NCBI GenBank assembly: GCA_035263405.1
Contig: DATFRI010000074.1
Coordinates: 9,824-73,823, forward strand
Direction of reading: 5' to 3'
Length of the DNA: 64,000 nt
Source of the DNA: Actinomycetes bacterium
Lineage (GTDB): Bacteria > Actinomycetota > CALGFH01
A program made the translations under genes and the position numbers. The notes under the pieces are model-generated. The model did no database searches. It was not told the DNA's origin and was given only the letters and a program-made list of their open reading frames with translations. Shown piece after piece: positions 63,004-64,000 of this stretch. How positions within the stretch are numbered: position 1 is the stretch's first letter; every line of letters begins with the position of its first letter.

Positions 63004-63089
63004 GCGGGCGGCGTCGCCGCGCCGGCCGAGCTGCCGGACCCGCCCGGCGGGCGGCACACTACCCGGAGTCGTCACGGAGAGGCGGCGGG

Positions 63090-64000
63090 ATGGTGGGGCG
63101 CAGCGCGCAGGAGACGCTCGGCATGGTCGGGCTGCCGATGCCGGCGAGGGAGCTGGCCGGGCGGGCGTGGGACGTGGTCGTCGTCGGCGGGGGGCACAAC
63201 GGGCTCACGGCGGCGGCCTACCTGGCGCGCGCGGGCAGGCGGGTGCTGGTCCTGGAGCGGCGCGCGCAGCTCGGCGGCGCCTGCACCCTGGAGCAGCCGT
63301 TCGGCGACCCTTCGTGGCTGGTGAGCCCGTGCGCGTACGTCGTCGGGCTGCTGCACCCGCTGGTCGTGGAGGAGCTGGAGCTCCGGCGGCACGGCTACGA
63401 GGTCGTCGTCGCCGACCCCCGGCTGTGGTGCCCGTTCGAGGACGGCACCAGCGTCGGCCTGTGGTCGGACGCCGGGCGCACCGCAGCCAGCATCCGCGCG
63501 CTCGCGCCCGGCGACGTGGAGGGGTACTTCGCCTACGAGGCGCTGTTCGACCGGATCCGCCTGGCGCTGCGCCCGCCGGAGCCGGAGCGGGACACCTGGC
63601 TCGGGGACGCGCCGTCGCGTGCGGAGATCGCCGAGCGGCTCGGGCACGACCCGGAGGCGGTCGCGGTCGTCTTCGAGGACTCCATCGCCGAGGTCGTCGA
63701 GCGCCACGTGCACGACGAGCGGCTGCGCACCGCCCTGCACGGCCAGGGCGTCATCGGCACGTTCGCCGGCCCGCGCGACCCGGGCACCGCCGCGATCCAC
63801 CTGCTGCACAACCTCGGCTCGATCGGCGGCGAGGGCGGCGTCTGGGGCTATGTCCGCGGCGGCATGGGCCGGGTCTCGTTCGCGATCGCCGACGCGGCGG
63901 CGGAGCTGGGCGCGGTGCTGGCCGGCGGCGTGGAGGTCGCCGCGATCCTCCCCGGGGAGGGGGTCCGGCTGGCCGGCGGCGAGCTGCTCCGCGCACCCGT
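63090..64000 (+). CDS. FAD/NAD(P)-binding oxidoreductase (phytoene-desaturase-like amine-oxidase fold), 3' end off window
   Basis: DVVVVGGGHNGLTAAAYLARAGRRVLVLERR dinucleotide-binding motif at the N-terminus. The ORF continues to the window edge with no stop, so it is absent from the ORF track. Confidence 0.8.
   Translation, partial: MVGRSAQETLGMVGLPMPARELAGRAWDVVVVGGGHNGLTAAAYLARAGRRVLVLERRAQLGGACTLEQPFGDPSWLVSPCAYVVGLLHPLVVEELELRRHGYEVVVADPRLWCPFEDGTSVGLWSDAGRTAASIRALAPGDVEGYFAYEALFDRIRLALRPPEPERDTWLGDAPSRAEIAERLGHDPEAVAVVFEDSIAEVVERHVHDERLRTALHGQGVIGTFAGPRDPGTAAIHLLHNLGSIGGEGGVWGYVRGGMGRVSFAIADAAAELGAVLAGGVEVAAILPGEGVRLAGGELLRAP

Noticed and set aside
1-64000. CRISPR arrays, rRNA and tRNA genes
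   Set aside because: No regularly spaced direct repeats with unique spacers were seen. The only tandem repeats are the 14-nt and 15-nt arrays noted above. No regions with the conservation or structure of rRNA or tRNA were recognised by eye. A tRNAscan run would be needed to exclude a tRNA formally.

Overview
This is a 64-kb window of very high-GC (about 72-74%) actinomycete-type chromosomal DNA. I found no rRNA or tRNA genes and no CRISPR array. About 45 protein-coding genes can be supported. Many of the long ORFs in the supplied track are antisense shadow ORFs (Arg/Gly/Pro/Ala-rich) and I discarded them.

Recognisable housekeeping or accessory genes:
- a protein with four tandem DivIVA domains (partial at the left edge)
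- an L,D-transpeptidase lipoprotein
- a DUF2510 protein translationally coupled to a PrsW intramembrane protease
- a long-form acyl-CoA dehydrogenase, a CBM48-like mini-protein, and threonine dehydratase (ilvA)
- a PGM1-like ATP-grasp ligase followed by an MFS transporter
- a TIGR03086 protein, prolyl oligopeptidase, PIG-L deacetylase, a SAM methyltransferase and a MalK-type ABC ATPase
- an NfeD-like/flotillin operon
- a DUF4097 protein, an MmpL transporter divergent from a NarL-type two-component system, an HhH-GPD protein and a formamidase
- a tnpB-only IS200/IS605-family element, PPK2, NhaA, a DUF4190/septum-formation protein, a PEBP lipoprotein and the ~1630-aa NAD-glutamate dehydrogenase
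- two adjacent DivIVA-like coiled-coil proteins, a DprA-like protein, a family-III CoA-transferase, a DAG-kinase-like lipid kinase, a RibD_C/DHFR-family protein and a partial FAD oxidoreductase

Two things stand out.
- Four paralogous single-pass membrane proteins (21.9-24.2 kb, 24.3-26.5 kb, 34.3-36.2 kb, 45.7-46.9 kb) share a conserved N-terminal signal-anchor module. Each carries a different, locally lower-GC ectodomain. Two of them lie immediately downstream of the flotillin operon.
- A protease-rich locus sits next to the tnpB element. A cytoplasmic S8 subtilase is divergently paired with a TPR-CHAT (caspase-like) protein. An operon follows that encodes an ECF sigma factor, a 153-aa protein with no transmembrane segment, and a papain-like cysteine peptidase.
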